In this document: positions 27,183 to 35,449 of the stretch, piece after piece
Numbering within the stretch: the stretch's first letter is position 1
Layout of the letters: each line of letters starts with the position of its first letter
From: a virus
Lineage: Duplodnaviria > Caudoviricetes
DNA: 41,867 nt
IMG/VR virus record: IMGVR_UViG_3300049170_000017
Coordinates: 1 to 41,867 of that record
Reading direction: 5' to 3' (one strand)
Notes under the pieces: model-generated
What the model was told of the DNA's origin: nothing
The model's input: only the letters and a program-made list of their open reading frames with translations
Databases searched by the model: none
Position numbers and translations under genes: made by a program

Positions 27183-27623
27183 CTAGGTCCGCGAGCCCCT
27201 CTTTACCTTCCCTTGACGTTGCGGCGCGACGGCCTCCCTCGGCGCCTCCGCCGGCACGCTGATCGCCATGCCGTAGTCCGGGTCCAGCTCTGCCTCTGTC
27301 TCTTGTGCGCGGGCCGTGCCCGCCTGGGTATTGGGGGCGGCGTCTCGTCCATCGCCACCACTCCTCTCGTGTCTGCCTCGCTCGAATCTGCGGGCGATCT
27401 CCGCCAGCAGCTGCGCGTCAGAGACGGACGACAGCGGCACGGCCGGCTGGCCGAACCACTCTGGGAACTCGCGGCGCAACAACCGCTCGGCGGCTTCCGG
27501 GAGTCGGTCTGCCCGCTCCCAGTTGCCGACCGAGCGCAGGGTGCGCCCTAGTCGGTTCCCTAGTTCCTGCTGCGTCATACCCGCTGCCTCGCGGGCCTCT
27601 CGCAGCTCGTCTCCTCTGAGCAT
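27183..27623 (-). CDS. Immunity repressor (XRE HTH)
   Basis: LREAREAAGMTQQELGNRLGRTLRSVGNWE; divergent from Cro; ATG 27623 has a GAGAGG RBS. Confidence 0.85.
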   Translation of the reverse strand: MLRGDELREAREAAGMTQQELGNRLGRTLRSVGNWERADRLPEAAERLLRREFPEWFGQPAVPLSSVSDAQLLAEIARRFERGRHERSGGDGRDAAPNTQAGTARAQETEAELDPDYGMAISVPAEAPREAVAPQRQGKVKRGSRT

Positions 27624-27639
27624 GTGGACAGCCTCTCTG

Positions 27640-27789
27640 GGCAACTACAGGAAAAGCAAACAGGGTCAAGCGTCCAGCGTAGGGGCAACAGTAGGAAAAC
27701 CAAGGATGTGATTCACCCACATCGGTGCAGGTCAGAGCCGTTTTCACATCGTTTCCCTTCTCTGCTTGACATCGTTTCCTCTTGTTGCC
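27640..27789. promoter_or_regulatory. Putative operators GGCAAC-N3-AGGAAA x3
   Basis: 27640-27654 (+), 27684-27698 (+), 27775-27789 (-). Confidence 0.7.
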
Positions 27790-27801
27790 TATGCTGTCCG
27801 T
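27766..27801 (+). promoter_or_regulatory. Early rightward leaderless promoter
   Basis: TTGACA-18-TATGCT-6-ATG. Confidence 0.8.
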
Positions 27802-28056
27802 ATGAGCCAAGCAACCACCCCCACCGACCACAAGCGCGTGGTCCACGGTCCGGCAGTCAGGGCGATCCGGGAGGCGCTGGGCTTCAAGCACGGTGACTTC
27901 GCCATCCGCTGCGACATCTCCCCCTCCTACCTGACCAACATCGAGAAGGGCATCAAGCAGCCGGCGCCAGACGTCGCCGTCCGCTTCGCCACGCAGCTCG
28001 GCGTCCCCCTGGCTGCCATCACCTACTCCCTCCCATCCGGGGTGAAGGCGGCATGA
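27802..28056 (+). CDS. Cro-like HTH protein
   Basis: VRAIREALG...ISPSYLTNIEKG; first gene of the early operon. Confidence 0.85.
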   Translation: MSQATTPTDHKRVVHGPAVRAIREALGFKHGDFAIRCDISPSYLTNIEKGIKQPAPDVAVRFATQLGVPLAAITYSLPSGVKAA

Positions 28057-28262
28057 GCGCACCAGCCGCAGCCCCGATCGCCTACAGCGTCCGCGACGCG
28101 GCCGCCGCCATCGGCGTCTCCGAGCGCACCATCGACCGCGCCGTCAAGGCCACCGACAAGGACGCGCCCATCCCGCCGCTGCGCTCCCGGATGCTCGGCC
28201 GCAAACGCCTCATCGACTCCACGGACCTCCTCGAGTGGTTCCGCGGGCTGCCGGAGGGCTGA
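28053..28262 (+). CDS. Excisionase-like HTH protein
   Basis: AYSVRDAAAAIGVSERTI...GRKRLI...LLEW. Confidence 0.75.
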   Translation: MSAPAAAPIAYSVRDAAAAIGVSERTIDRAVKATDKDAPIPPLRSRMLGRKRLIDSTDLLEWFRGLPEG

Positions 28263-28265
28263 GGC

Positions 28266-28805
28266 ATGACGATCTGGAAGCCGATCCCCGGCCGAGAAGG
28301 CACCCACGAGGCGAGCGACGACGGACAGATTCGCAGCCTGCCGCGCTACTCGGTTCAGGGTAGGTGGTGCGAGGGTCGTGTCCTCACTCAAGGTCTTCTT
28401 CCTAACGGCTACCCCGTCGTGTCGCTCTACACGAGCGGTGTAGGTGTGCGCCGGCACACCGTCCACTCCCTCGTCGCCTCTGCCTTCCATGGGCCACGGC
28501 CTTTCGAAGGCGCCCAGGTCCGCCACCTCAACGGCGATAAGACGGACAACCGCGCGGAGAACCTGCGCTGGGGCACTGCGCGAGAGAACATGCTTGACCG
28601 GATCGAGCACGGCAACGACCCGAACGTCAACAAGACTCACTGCACGCAGGGGCACCCCTACGAGGGCGACAACATCATGTGGGTCGGCCCCGAGCGGACC
28701 CGTCGTGCTTGCGCTGAGTGCAACCGGATTCGCGCTCGCCGCAACCAGCCCCGCCGCAAGGCGCGGCGCCGTGAGCTGCGTGCAATGGGACTCAAGGCGT
28801 CATGA
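28266..28805 (+). CDS. NUMOD4-HNH endonuclease
   Basis: IWKPIPG..HEASDDGQIRS, VHSLVA.AF, RHLNGDKTDNRAENL, THCTQGH. Confidence 0.9.
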   Translation: MTIWKPIPGREGTHEASDDGQIRSLPRYSVQGRWCEGRVLTQGLLPNGYPVVSLYTSGVGVRRHTVHSLVASAFHGPRPFEGAQVRHLNGDKTDNRAENLRWGTARENMLDRIEHGNDPNVNKTHCTQGHPYEGDNIMWVGPERTRRACAECNRIRARRNQPRRKARRRELRAMGLKAS

Positions 28806-29038
28806 CTGCCACGCCAGCCGTATTCGCACCCAAGGGCCGCAACCTCGTCCCCGAGGGGTTCGTAGGCCCGGTGATGGTCACCACGCCCACGGGCCGCGTG
28901 AAGGTCCGCTGGTGCACGGCGTCCGGTCGCCTGTTCCGCGACTCGCACCACGTCGAGGGCAAGGGCCGGCACGTGTCGTGCTACGCGACGCACTGCCTCG
29001 TCGTGCCCGTCCAGCTCGTGACGGGGGTGCTGACGTGA
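28802..29038 (+). CDS. Hypothetical protein
   Basis: ATGA overlap in early operon. Confidence 0.65.
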   Translation: MTATPAVFAPKGRNLVPEGFVGPVMVTTPTGRVKVRWCTASGRLFRDSHHVEGKGRHVSCYATHCLVVPVQLVTGVLT

Positions 29039-29235
29039 AGCGCCTCAACCACGTCCGCAAGGTCGGCGCGGCGAACATGCTCTGCGGCCGACCCAGCAAC
29101 GGTGAGCCTGAGAAGGGTCGCCCCGTCTGCCCCGAGTGCGTCGACGCGCTCATGGTCCTCGCCAGCCGCAGCACCGGCACCTACGTGTGGCGCTCCGACG
29201 ACAACCCGCGACCGCACGCGGCGTTCGCCTCTTAG
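29035..29235 (+). CDS. Hypothetical protein (LCG...CPEC, possible Zn binding)
   Basis: GTGA overlap. Confidence 0.6.
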   Translation: MKRLNHVRKVGAANMLCGRPSNGEPEKGRPVCPECVDALMVLASRSTGTYVWRSDDNPRPHAAFAS

Positions 29236-29358
29236 CCGCGGCCACCTCCCGGTGCTCGGTATGAGCCCGCACCGGGAGGGCCGCATCCAACACAAGCCGG
29301 AGCCCCGGCCATCCGTCAAGACAGACCAGGGCTCCAACTCACTGAAGGAGATCCTACC

Positions 29359-29505
29359 GTGAAGCACCGTTCCCCCGTCCCCGCGCCAGCCCTGCCGTGT
29401 AGCCCCGGCAGGCACCGTCGCCCGACACTGCTGGACCGTCTGCGCGCCGCGACCATGCATGCCCGTGACGTCGCCCGCGAGCTCGGGTCGGAGGTGCCGC
29501 GATGA
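29359..29505 (+). CDS. Hypothetical protein, 48 aa
   Basis: AAGGAG RBS; ATGA overlap with next gene. Confidence 0.55.
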   Translation: MKHRSPVPAPALPCSPGRHRRPTLLDRLRAATMHARDVARELGSEVPR

Positions 29506-29624
29506 GCCTCGACGTCCTGTGCGGCGTGGTCGGTGGCGTCATCTTCCTCGCCGCGGCCGCCCCGTTCGCCCGGTTCTACGACACGGTGCGTGAGCGGCCC
29601 GAGTCGCAGGGGTGGGGCAAGTGA
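29502..29624 (+). CDS. Small membrane protein, 40 aa
   Basis: GGAGG RBS, hydrophobic N-terminus, overlaps at both ends. Confidence 0.6.
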   Translation: MSLDVLCGVVGGVIFLAAAAPFARFYDTVRERPESQGWGK

Positions 29625-30034
29625 GCACTGCGACCCAGACCAAGACCTACGGCTGCACCCGCTGTGGTCGGCACACGACAAAGCCGACCGACTGGGCTAT
29701 CCGTGGCGGAGATGTCGTTGTCCAAGGCATCCACCTCGGCACCTGCAAGACCTGCCTCGTCGGCGGCGAGATCTCCGACGAGTGCGGCGGCAAGTGCGAC
29801 GGCAAGTACCACGTCAGCCACGGCACCTACTACCTCGCTGAGCAGCGTGACGCCGGGGGGTTCAAGTGGGAGCACGGCTGGTCCTGCTGGGACGAGAAGT
29901 GCGTCGAGGGCTGGGAGCCCGACGACGACGGCGACATGTGCGAGTGCCCCCACTGTGAGGGCGAGCACGTCCAGGTGCGCCACGTCGTCATCACCGACGG
30001 CGAGCGTGTCAAGGAAGGCAGGGCGTACCGATGA
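29621..30034 (+). CDS. Cys-rich hypothetical protein
   Basis: GTGA overlap; several CxxC-type pairs. Confidence 0.7.
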   Translation: MSTATQTKTYGCTRCGRHTTKPTDWAIRGGDVVVQGIHLGTCKTCLVGGEISDECGGKCDGKYHVSHGTYYLAEQRDAGGFKWEHGWSCWDEKCVEGWEPDDDGDMCECPHCEGEHVQVRHVVITDGERVKEGRAYR

Positions 30035-30342
30035 CCACCGCCACCGTCACCACGTCGTGCGGCACCTGCTGGCAGCCCGCGACGGTCCTGCTCGCCACCG
30101 TGCAGCACTACCCCGACGGGTCCAACTTCGTCGGCACACCCCGGCCCATGTGCGGCCCGTGCGCCCTCGACACCGCCGCGTCGATCGGCACCAGCACCGC
30201 CTACGACTACCGGCTGCCCTACGCAACCGCCGTGCAGCTCACACCACTCACCCCAGTCCGTCTCGGCACCGGCAAGACCTGCCCACCGTGGTGCCGCTAC
30301 GAACCGGGCCACCACACACCACACGACCGGATCGGAGCCTGA
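30031..30342 (+). CDS. Hypothetical protein (CxxC motifs)
   Basis: ATGA overlap. Confidence 0.65.
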   Translation: MTTATVTTSCGTCWQPATVLLATVQHYPDGSNFVGTPRPMCGPCALDTAASIGTSTAYDYRLPYATAVQLTPLTPVRLGTGKTCPPWCRYEPGHHTPHDRIGA

Positions 30343-30343
30343 C

Positions 30344-30454
30344 ATGACCGACTGCACCGTGTACAGACACACAGACGGCGCGACATGCACCCGCGAGGCC
30401 GGACACGAACCACTGGCAGACGGCCGCAACCACGTGTTCGGCGGCGGCCGATGA
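30344..30454 (+). CDS. Hypothetical protein, 36 aa
   Basis: GGAG RBS; fills gap; ATGA overlap. Confidence 0.5.
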   Translation: MTDCTVYRHTDGATCTREAGHEPLADGRNHVFGGGR

Positions 30455-30645
30455 GCGCCGAGTACGTCCGCCGCTACTACGGCGTGGACTACAAGCGGGG
30501 TGACCGCGTCACGGTCGACGGCAAGCCCGGCACGATCGTGTCCTTCCCCGAGCAGTACCTCGGCGTGCGGTTCGACGCCTACCCGCGACTCGTCATGCGC
30601 GCCCACCCGACATGGCGTGTCGAGCGGATCGGTGGCAAGCCATGA
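30451..30645 (+). CDS. Hypothetical protein (YVRRYYGV...HPTW)
   Basis: ATGA overlaps; motif familiar from small phage proteins. Confidence 0.75.
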   Translation: MSAEYVRRYYGVDYKRGDRVTVDGKPGTIVSFPEQYLGVRFDAYPRLVMRAHPTWRVERIGGKP

Positions 30646-30920
30646 CCCTCTACGCGGCCACCGCCACCGCGGGCCTCGGCATCCTCGCCCTGCTCACCAT
30701 CCTCCTGGCCATCCCCGTCGCCTGGTCGCTCGTCCACGTCACCCGCTGGGCGCTCGACCACGTCCACGGCTGGGTCCTGTCCTCCATCGTCGCGCCACAC
30801 ACGCATGACGAACCGGCGTCGACGCTGGACGAACTCGACTGGATCGCACAGTGGGAGGCGTCGCGCACACCCGAGGCCACCGCCGAGCGCATGGCGGCAC
30901 GGGTCGGGGGAAGCCGATGA
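30642..30920 (+). CDS. Membrane protein
   Basis: N-terminal TM; ATGA overlaps. Confidence 0.65.
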   Translation: MTLYAATATAGLGILALLTILLAIPVAWSLVHVTRWALDHVHGWVLSSIVAPHTHDEPASTLDELDWIAQWEASRTPEATAERMAARVGGSR

Positions 30921-31255
30921 CGTGGCGCACCTCGGCCGCCTGCATCGGCCTGGACCCGTTGTTCCACGGCCCCGACCACGAGTCGGCAGGCGACCGCAAG
31001 ACACGCGAGGCCAAGGCCATCGACATCTGCCACACCTGCCCAGTCCGCGACGCCTGCCTCCGCGACGCCATCGACACCCGCGACGTCTACGGCGTTCGAG
31101 GCGGCCTCACCCCCGACCAGCTCGACGCCCTCGTGAAGGTCAAGCGCCGACGCAAGACCGCACCACCACCGCCACCAGCGCGTGTCGGCAGCGGCGGAGG
31201 ACGAGCCGAGCACCACCACCCACCAGCAGTCATCAAAGGAGTAAAGCTCGCATGA
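30917..31255 (+). CDS. whiB: WhiB family transcription factor
   Basis: WRTSAAC..CHTCPVRDAC..GVRGG. Confidence 0.9.
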   Translation: MTWRTSAACIGLDPLFHGPDHESAGDRKTREAKAIDICHTCPVRDACLRDAIDTRDVYGVRGGLTPDQLDALVKVKRRRKTAPPPPPARVGSGGGRAEHHHPPAVIKGVKLA

Positions 31256-32163
31256 GCGAAACGCTAGGAACCGCCGTACTACTGGGGTCCGCCCCCGACA
31301 ACTCCCCTGAGTGGGACGCCATGCGCGCCGGCCGCCTCGGGGGCTCCGAGATTGCCGCAGTCGTCGGCCTCTCCAAGTGGGAGTCCCGCTTCTCCCTGTG
31401 GCACCGCAAGCGCGGCGAGATCGGCAAGCAAGAGGTCAACTCACAGATGACCGTCGGCACCTACGTGGAGGCCGCGACGCTCGCCTGGTGGGCCGACCAG
31501 CACCCCGAGCTGACCCGGTCCAACGTCAAGGGCACCTGGGCACACAAGGACCGCCCGTGGCAGATCGCCAACCTCGACGAATGGGCGGCCGGCAAGACGA
31601 AACGGGACGCCTGCATCATCGAGGCCAAGTTCCAGATCTACGACGACGAATGGGGCGACGGGGGAACCGACGAGATCCCGCCCTACTACCGCTGCCAGGT
31701 GCTCTGGTACCTCGACGTCACCGGCTTCCGGCGGGCGTTCGTCCCGGTCCTATTCGGCGGGTCCGGTCGCTTCGCCGAGTACGTCGTCACCGCCAGCAAG
31801 GACGAGCAGGAGTACCTGCGCACCGAGGGCCGCAAGTTCCTCGACGACGTGGAGAACGACGTCCGCCCCGACCTCGACGCACACACCGCCACCTACACCA
31901 CCGTGCGCCAGATGCATCCCGAGATCGATGGCGAGACGGTCACGACCCACGCCCACATCCGTGACGCCTGGCAGGCGGCCAAGGCCGCAGTCGAGGCAGC
32001 CAAGACCGAGGAGCGACGCGCCACCACTGCACTTCTCGACCAGATGGGCGAAGCCAAGTTCGCCGAGTGCGACGACGTCACCTACGCCCGCCGCCAGCCC
32101 AACGGCCACGGAGGCGTGTCCCTGTACCCCGTAAAGCCCAAGAAAGAGAAGGCCATCGCATGA
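31252..32163 (+). CDS. YqaJ/RecE-like exonuclease
   Basis: W..MR..RLGGSEIAAVVG, ANLD, IIEAK, YRCQVLWY. Confidence 0.9.
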   Translation: MSETLGTAVLLGSAPDNSPEWDAMRAGRLGGSEIAAVVGLSKWESRFSLWHRKRGEIGKQEVNSQMTVGTYVEAATLAWWADQHPELTRSNVKGTWAHKDRPWQIANLDEWAAGKTKRDACIIEAKFQIYDDEWGDGGTDEIPPYYRCQVLWYLDVTGFRRAFVPVLFGGSGRFAEYVVTASKDEQEYLRTEGRKFLDDVENDVRPDLDAHTATYTTVRQMHPEIDGETVTTHAHIRDAWQAAKAAVEAAKTEERRATTALLDQMGEAKFAECDDVTYARRQPNGHGGVSLYPVKPKKEKAIA

Positions 32164-32990
32164 GCACCATCCAGAACGCCGTCGCCACCCAGCAGCAGAA
32201 CAGCCCCGCCAGCATGGTCGAGCAGTACCGGGGCGAGTTCGCCCAGGTGCTCCCCTCCCACATCAAGCCCGAGACGTGGGTGCGTGTCGCCGTCGGCTCC
32301 CTGCGCTCCGACCCGAAGCTGCGCGAGGCCGCCGGCAACGACGTCGGCGCACTCATGGGCGCGCTCATGGAGGCCGCCCGCAAGGGCCTCGAGCCGGGCA
32401 CCGAGGAGTTCTACCTCGTGCCCCGTAAGCAGAAGGGCGTCCTGAAGGTCCAGGGCATCGAGGGCTACCGCGGCATCATCGAGCGGATGTACCGGGCCGG
32501 TGCGATCGCGTCGGTCATCGTCGAGGTCGTCCGCGAGGGCGACAAGTTCCAGTACGTCCCCGGCAAGGACGAGCGGCCCGTGCACGAGGTCGACTGGTTC
32601 GGCGACGACCGCGGCAAGCTCAAGGGCGTCTACGCCTACGCCGTGATGAAGGACGGTGCCACGTCCAAGGTGGTCGTCCTCAACCGGGCACAGGTCATGG
32701 AGGCCAAGGCGAAGTCTGACGGTGCGGGCTCGCAGTACAGCCCGTGGAACACCAGCGAGGAGTCCATGTGGCTCAAGACCGCAGCCCGTCGCCTGGAGAA
32801 GTGGGTACCCACTTCCGCCGAGTACATCCGTGAGCAGATGCGCGCCGCCCGCGACGTGCTGTCCGAGCCGGTCGGCACCACCACCCTGCCGCCGCAGGAC
32901 GAGCCCGCGCACGACCCGCAGACCGGCGAGGTCGTCGAGGGCGAGGTCATGGACGAGAGCAACCCATGGGGACAGGAGCAGCAGGCATGA
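32160..32990 (+). CDS. recT: RecT-like ssDNA annealing protein
   Basis: GLEPG..EFYLVP, GYRG, SPW..MWLKT; follows exonuclease. Confidence 0.92.
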   Translation: MSTIQNAVATQQQNSPASMVEQYRGEFAQVLPSHIKPETWVRVAVGSLRSDPKLREAAGNDVGALMGALMEAARKGLEPGTEEFYLVPRKQKGVLKVQGIEGYRGIIERMYRAGAIASVIVEVVREGDKFQYVPGKDERPVHEVDWFGDDRGKLKGVYAYAVMKDGATSKVVVLNRAQVMEAKAKSDGAGSQYSPWNTSEESMWLKTAARRLEKWVPTSAEYIREQMRAARDVLSEPVGTTTLPPQDEPAHDPQTGEVVEGEVMDESNPWGQEQQA

Positions 32991-33217
32991 ACGCCACCAT
33001 CACCGACGAGCAGGTGGCCGACCTCGAAGCACTGTTCGACCGCAAAGGGTCACCCGTCGACAAGCGTGTCGCGTTCGCAGCCTGGGCCACCAAACGCCCC
33101 TTCGAGTCCCTGGCCGAGCTCACGAACGACGAGATGCAGACCGTCGCCGCAGCACTCGCACAGAAGGCAGACGTCGACCCGTTCGTGGCCGCCGACCCTG
33201 AGACGGGGGAAGTGTGA
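32987..33217 (+). CDS. Hypothetical protein
   Basis: AGGAG RBS; ATGA overlap. Confidence 0.7.
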   Translation: MNATITDEQVADLEALFDRKGSPVDKRVAFAAWATKRPFESLAELTNDEMQTVAAALAQKADVDPFVAADPETGEV

Positions 33218-33486
33218 TGAGCGTCAATCGACTCCGGAACGTCAACATCGACGAGAGCCAAGCGATGCCGCTCGGTGAGCGTGGTGAGCGCAACGCCACT
33301 GCCTATCAAGTCGCGTCCGACCTCTACGTGCAGATGGTCCTCGACATGGCATCGGCCAGGAAGTCGACCGGACGCTCCCCCTACGTCGACCTTCCTGACG
33401 GCGAGCAGCAGCACCGCCACATCCTCCAGATCGCCGAGTTTCTGACCTGCGAGCCTCCTACCGCGCCCGAGGCCGAGCAGCGATGA
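33214..33486 (+). CDS. Hypothetical protein
   Basis: GTGA overlap. Confidence 0.65.
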   Translation: MMSVNRLRNVNIDESQAMPLGERGERNATAYQVASDLYVQMVLDMASARKSTGRSPYVDLPDGEQQHRHILQIAEFLTCEPPTAPEAEQR

Positions 33487-33713
33487 ACCCCAACTACTCC
33501 GACGCCTACGACCCAGACCCATCCCTCGACGACCGCCCCACCCGCGCCGAAGCCGAAGCCGACAACACTCCGTCAAACGGCCTACCCTGCGGCTCCTGCG
33601 GTGCGACCCTGGAGGACTGCGGCCCACCCGGATGCTGCACCCCCTGCACCGACGCCGCGAGCGTGGCCGGGGTTGGTTGGCGGCACCACAACCCCGTCTG
33701 GTGGACACGATGA
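33483..33713 (+). CDS. Hypothetical Cys-containing protein
   Basis: ATGA overlaps. Confidence 0.6.
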   Translation: MNPNYSDAYDPDPSLDDRPTRAEAEADNTPSNGLPCGSCGATLEDCGPPGCCTPCTDAASVAGVGWRHHNPVWWTR

Positions 33714-34054
33714 CCGCCGTCCCCGAGGGCTACAAGCCCCTCCTCATCGACCTCCTCGCACGCGGCGGTGTCATGCCCGACTTCACCGACGGGTACTGCA
33801 CCGACCCCGCACACGTCGCAGACCTCGGCCGCGGCAACCCCGACCCGTGGTTCCCAGGCATTAAGTCGCAAGAGAACGTCGACCACGCCCGCGAAGTGTG
33901 CGCCGGCTGCCCGCTGCTCGAGGACGGGTCATGCCTGGAGTACGCGCTCGCGGTCAAGCCCGAGCACGGCATTTGGGCGGCGACGACGCCGGGGATGAGG
34001 CGGCAGATCCTGCGGAAGCGGCGCACGAGGCAGCGGAAGGCAGAGTCCGCATGA
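33710..34054 (+). CDS. whiB: Second WhiB family protein
   Basis: YC...PDPWFP..CAGCPL...CLEYAL..HGIWAA. Confidence 0.85.
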   Translation: MTAVPEGYKPLLIDLLARGGVMPDFTDGYCTDPAHVADLGRGNPDPWFPGIKSQENVDHAREVCAGCPLLEDGSCLEYALAVKPEHGIWAATTPGMRRQILRKRRTRQRKAESA

Positions 34055-34785
34055 CGATCTACTACGCCGACGATCAAGTCACGCTGCATCACGGCGACTG
34101 CATTGAGGTCATGTCCGACCTGCCAGACGAGTCCGTGGGCACCGTCCTGACTGATCCGCCGTATTCGTCCGGTGGACGCCGCGAGAACTCACGCAGCCTC
34201 CGCAAGTCCATGAACCGCTCGCTCGAGGACGACGAGTGGATACGCGGCGACGCCATGAGCACCAATGGCTTCGTCTATCTGCTCCGCATGTGCGGCATCC
34301 AGTGGAGGCGTGTGCTCGTCCCTGGCGGACATGTCCTGTCGTTCATCGACTGGCGCATGGCAGGGGCACTCTCCGCCGCACTGGAGACTGCCGACCTTCG
34401 CCAACACCCCATCGTTGTGTGGGACAAGGACCGCCTCGGCATGGGCGCGATCTTCCGTAACCAGCACGAGTTCATCGTGCACATGAGTGCGGGTAACCCC
34501 ATCGCACCCCAGCGCCGCGACGTGCCCAATGTGCTCCGATTCCCACCCGTCCGTCACGGCGATCACCCCACGGAGAAGCCGGGCATCCTGCTCGAAACCC
34601 TTCTGTCCGTCGTGGCCGCCCCTGGTCTGCCCGTGCTGGACCCGTTCGCCGGTAGCGGCTCGACGCTCTACGCCGCCCGCGCACTAGGACACAAGGCCAT
34701 CGGCGTCGAGGCCGACGAACGCTATTGCGAGGTCATCGCCAAGCGGTTGTCAGCCGGCGTCCTCGACTTCGGAGCACTCGCATGA
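34051..34785 (+). CDS. DNA methyltransferase (N6-A/N4-C, beta class), orphan
   Basis: TDPPY precedes HPTEKP and LDPFAGSGST. Confidence 0.92.
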   Translation: MTIYYADDQVTLHHGDCIEVMSDLPDESVGTVLTDPPYSSGGRRENSRSLRKSMNRSLEDDEWIRGDAMSTNGFVYLLRMCGIQWRRVLVPGGHVLSFIDWRMAGALSAALETADLRQHPIVVWDKDRLGMGAIFRNQHEFIVHMSAGNPIAPQRRDVPNVLRFPPVRHGDHPTEKPGILLETLLSVVAAPGLPVLDPFAGSGSTLYAARALGHKAIGVEADERYCEVIAKRLSAGVLDFGALA

Positions 34786-34872
34786 GCGCCACCCGCACGC
34801 GCCCGCCCGTCGACTACGACGCACTCATCGAAGACGTCCAGTGGATGCTCGACACCCGCGAACACCCCAGCA
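34782..34872 (+). pseudogene. Probable truncated gene 5' end (MSATRTRPPVDYDALIEDVQWMLDTREHP), in frame with the downstream HNH
   Basis: GGAG RBS and ATGA overlap; coding-like until a promoter/leader segment begins. Confidence 0.45.
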
Positions 34873-34903
34873 CGCATATTTCCGCAGGTCAGGGGGCGTG
34901 TGC

Positions 34904-34991
34904 TGATAGAATCAGAAGCGCCCCCGCGGGTGCTGGAAACACTCCGCGAGGGCTGACCCGCTCATCTGGTACTAGCAGAGAGGGGCTAGGC
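34904..34991 (+). promoter_or_regulatory. Extended -10 promoter and two-hairpin leader of the HNH gene
   Basis: TG-A-TAGAAT at 34904-34912; hairpins at 34920-34953 and 34957-34985. Confidence 0.65.
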
Positions 34992-35447
34992 ATGAAGCCT
35001 ACCCACATTCCCCCCGTGGGCACCACGCGACGAACGCCTTACAAGACCGAAACGCGCCCCGAACACCCCCTTGCAATGGGCACCGGTCGTGTGCGAACCC
35101 ACCGCGCCGTGCTCTACGACACGATCGGGCCAGGTTCGCACCCATGCCACTGGTGCGGCCAGCGACTCGACTGGTTCTCAAACCCACGCATCCAGGCCGA
35201 CCACCTCGACGGCGATACGTGGAACAACGACCCTGCCAACCTCGTCCCCGCGTGCATTGGATGCAACGGGTCGCGCCCCAACTGGCAGGCGACAGAGTGT
35301 CCTCAGGGACACCCATTTGACGATGAGAACACCTACGTGCCCCCCGCCACGGCGGGGCTACTCCGCCCCCATCGCCAGTGTCGCGAGTGTAGGCGGAATC
35401 ACGTCCGGCGCCAACGGGCTCGACGCCGGGAGCGGGAGGCGAGCTGA
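34992..35447 (+). CDS. HNH endonuclease with C-terminal Zn domain
   Basis: HPLA..GRVRTHR, CHWCG, ADHLDGDTWNNDPANLVPACIGCN, ECPQGH. Confidence 0.88.
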   Translation: MKPTHIPPVGTTRRTPYKTETRPEHPLAMGTGRVRTHRAVLYDTIGPGSHPCHWCGQRLDWFSNPRIQADHLDGDTWNNDPANLVPACIGCNGSRPNWQATECPQGHPFDDENTYVPPATAGLLRPHRQCRECRRNHVRRQRARRREREAS

Positions 35448-35449
35448 TT

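Noticed and set aside
25450-27623. Integration-dependent immunity (attP inside the repressor gene)
   Set aside because: attP lies upstream of int, about 1.7 kb from the repressor 3' end
28042-28056. ssrA-like degradation tag (VKAA) on Cro
   Set aside because: Equally explained by the overlapping RBS and ATGA of the next gene
34051-35447. Methyltransferase plus HNH as a restriction-modification pair
   Set aside because: The HNH has homing-type architecture and its own promoter; orphan methylases are common in phage early regions
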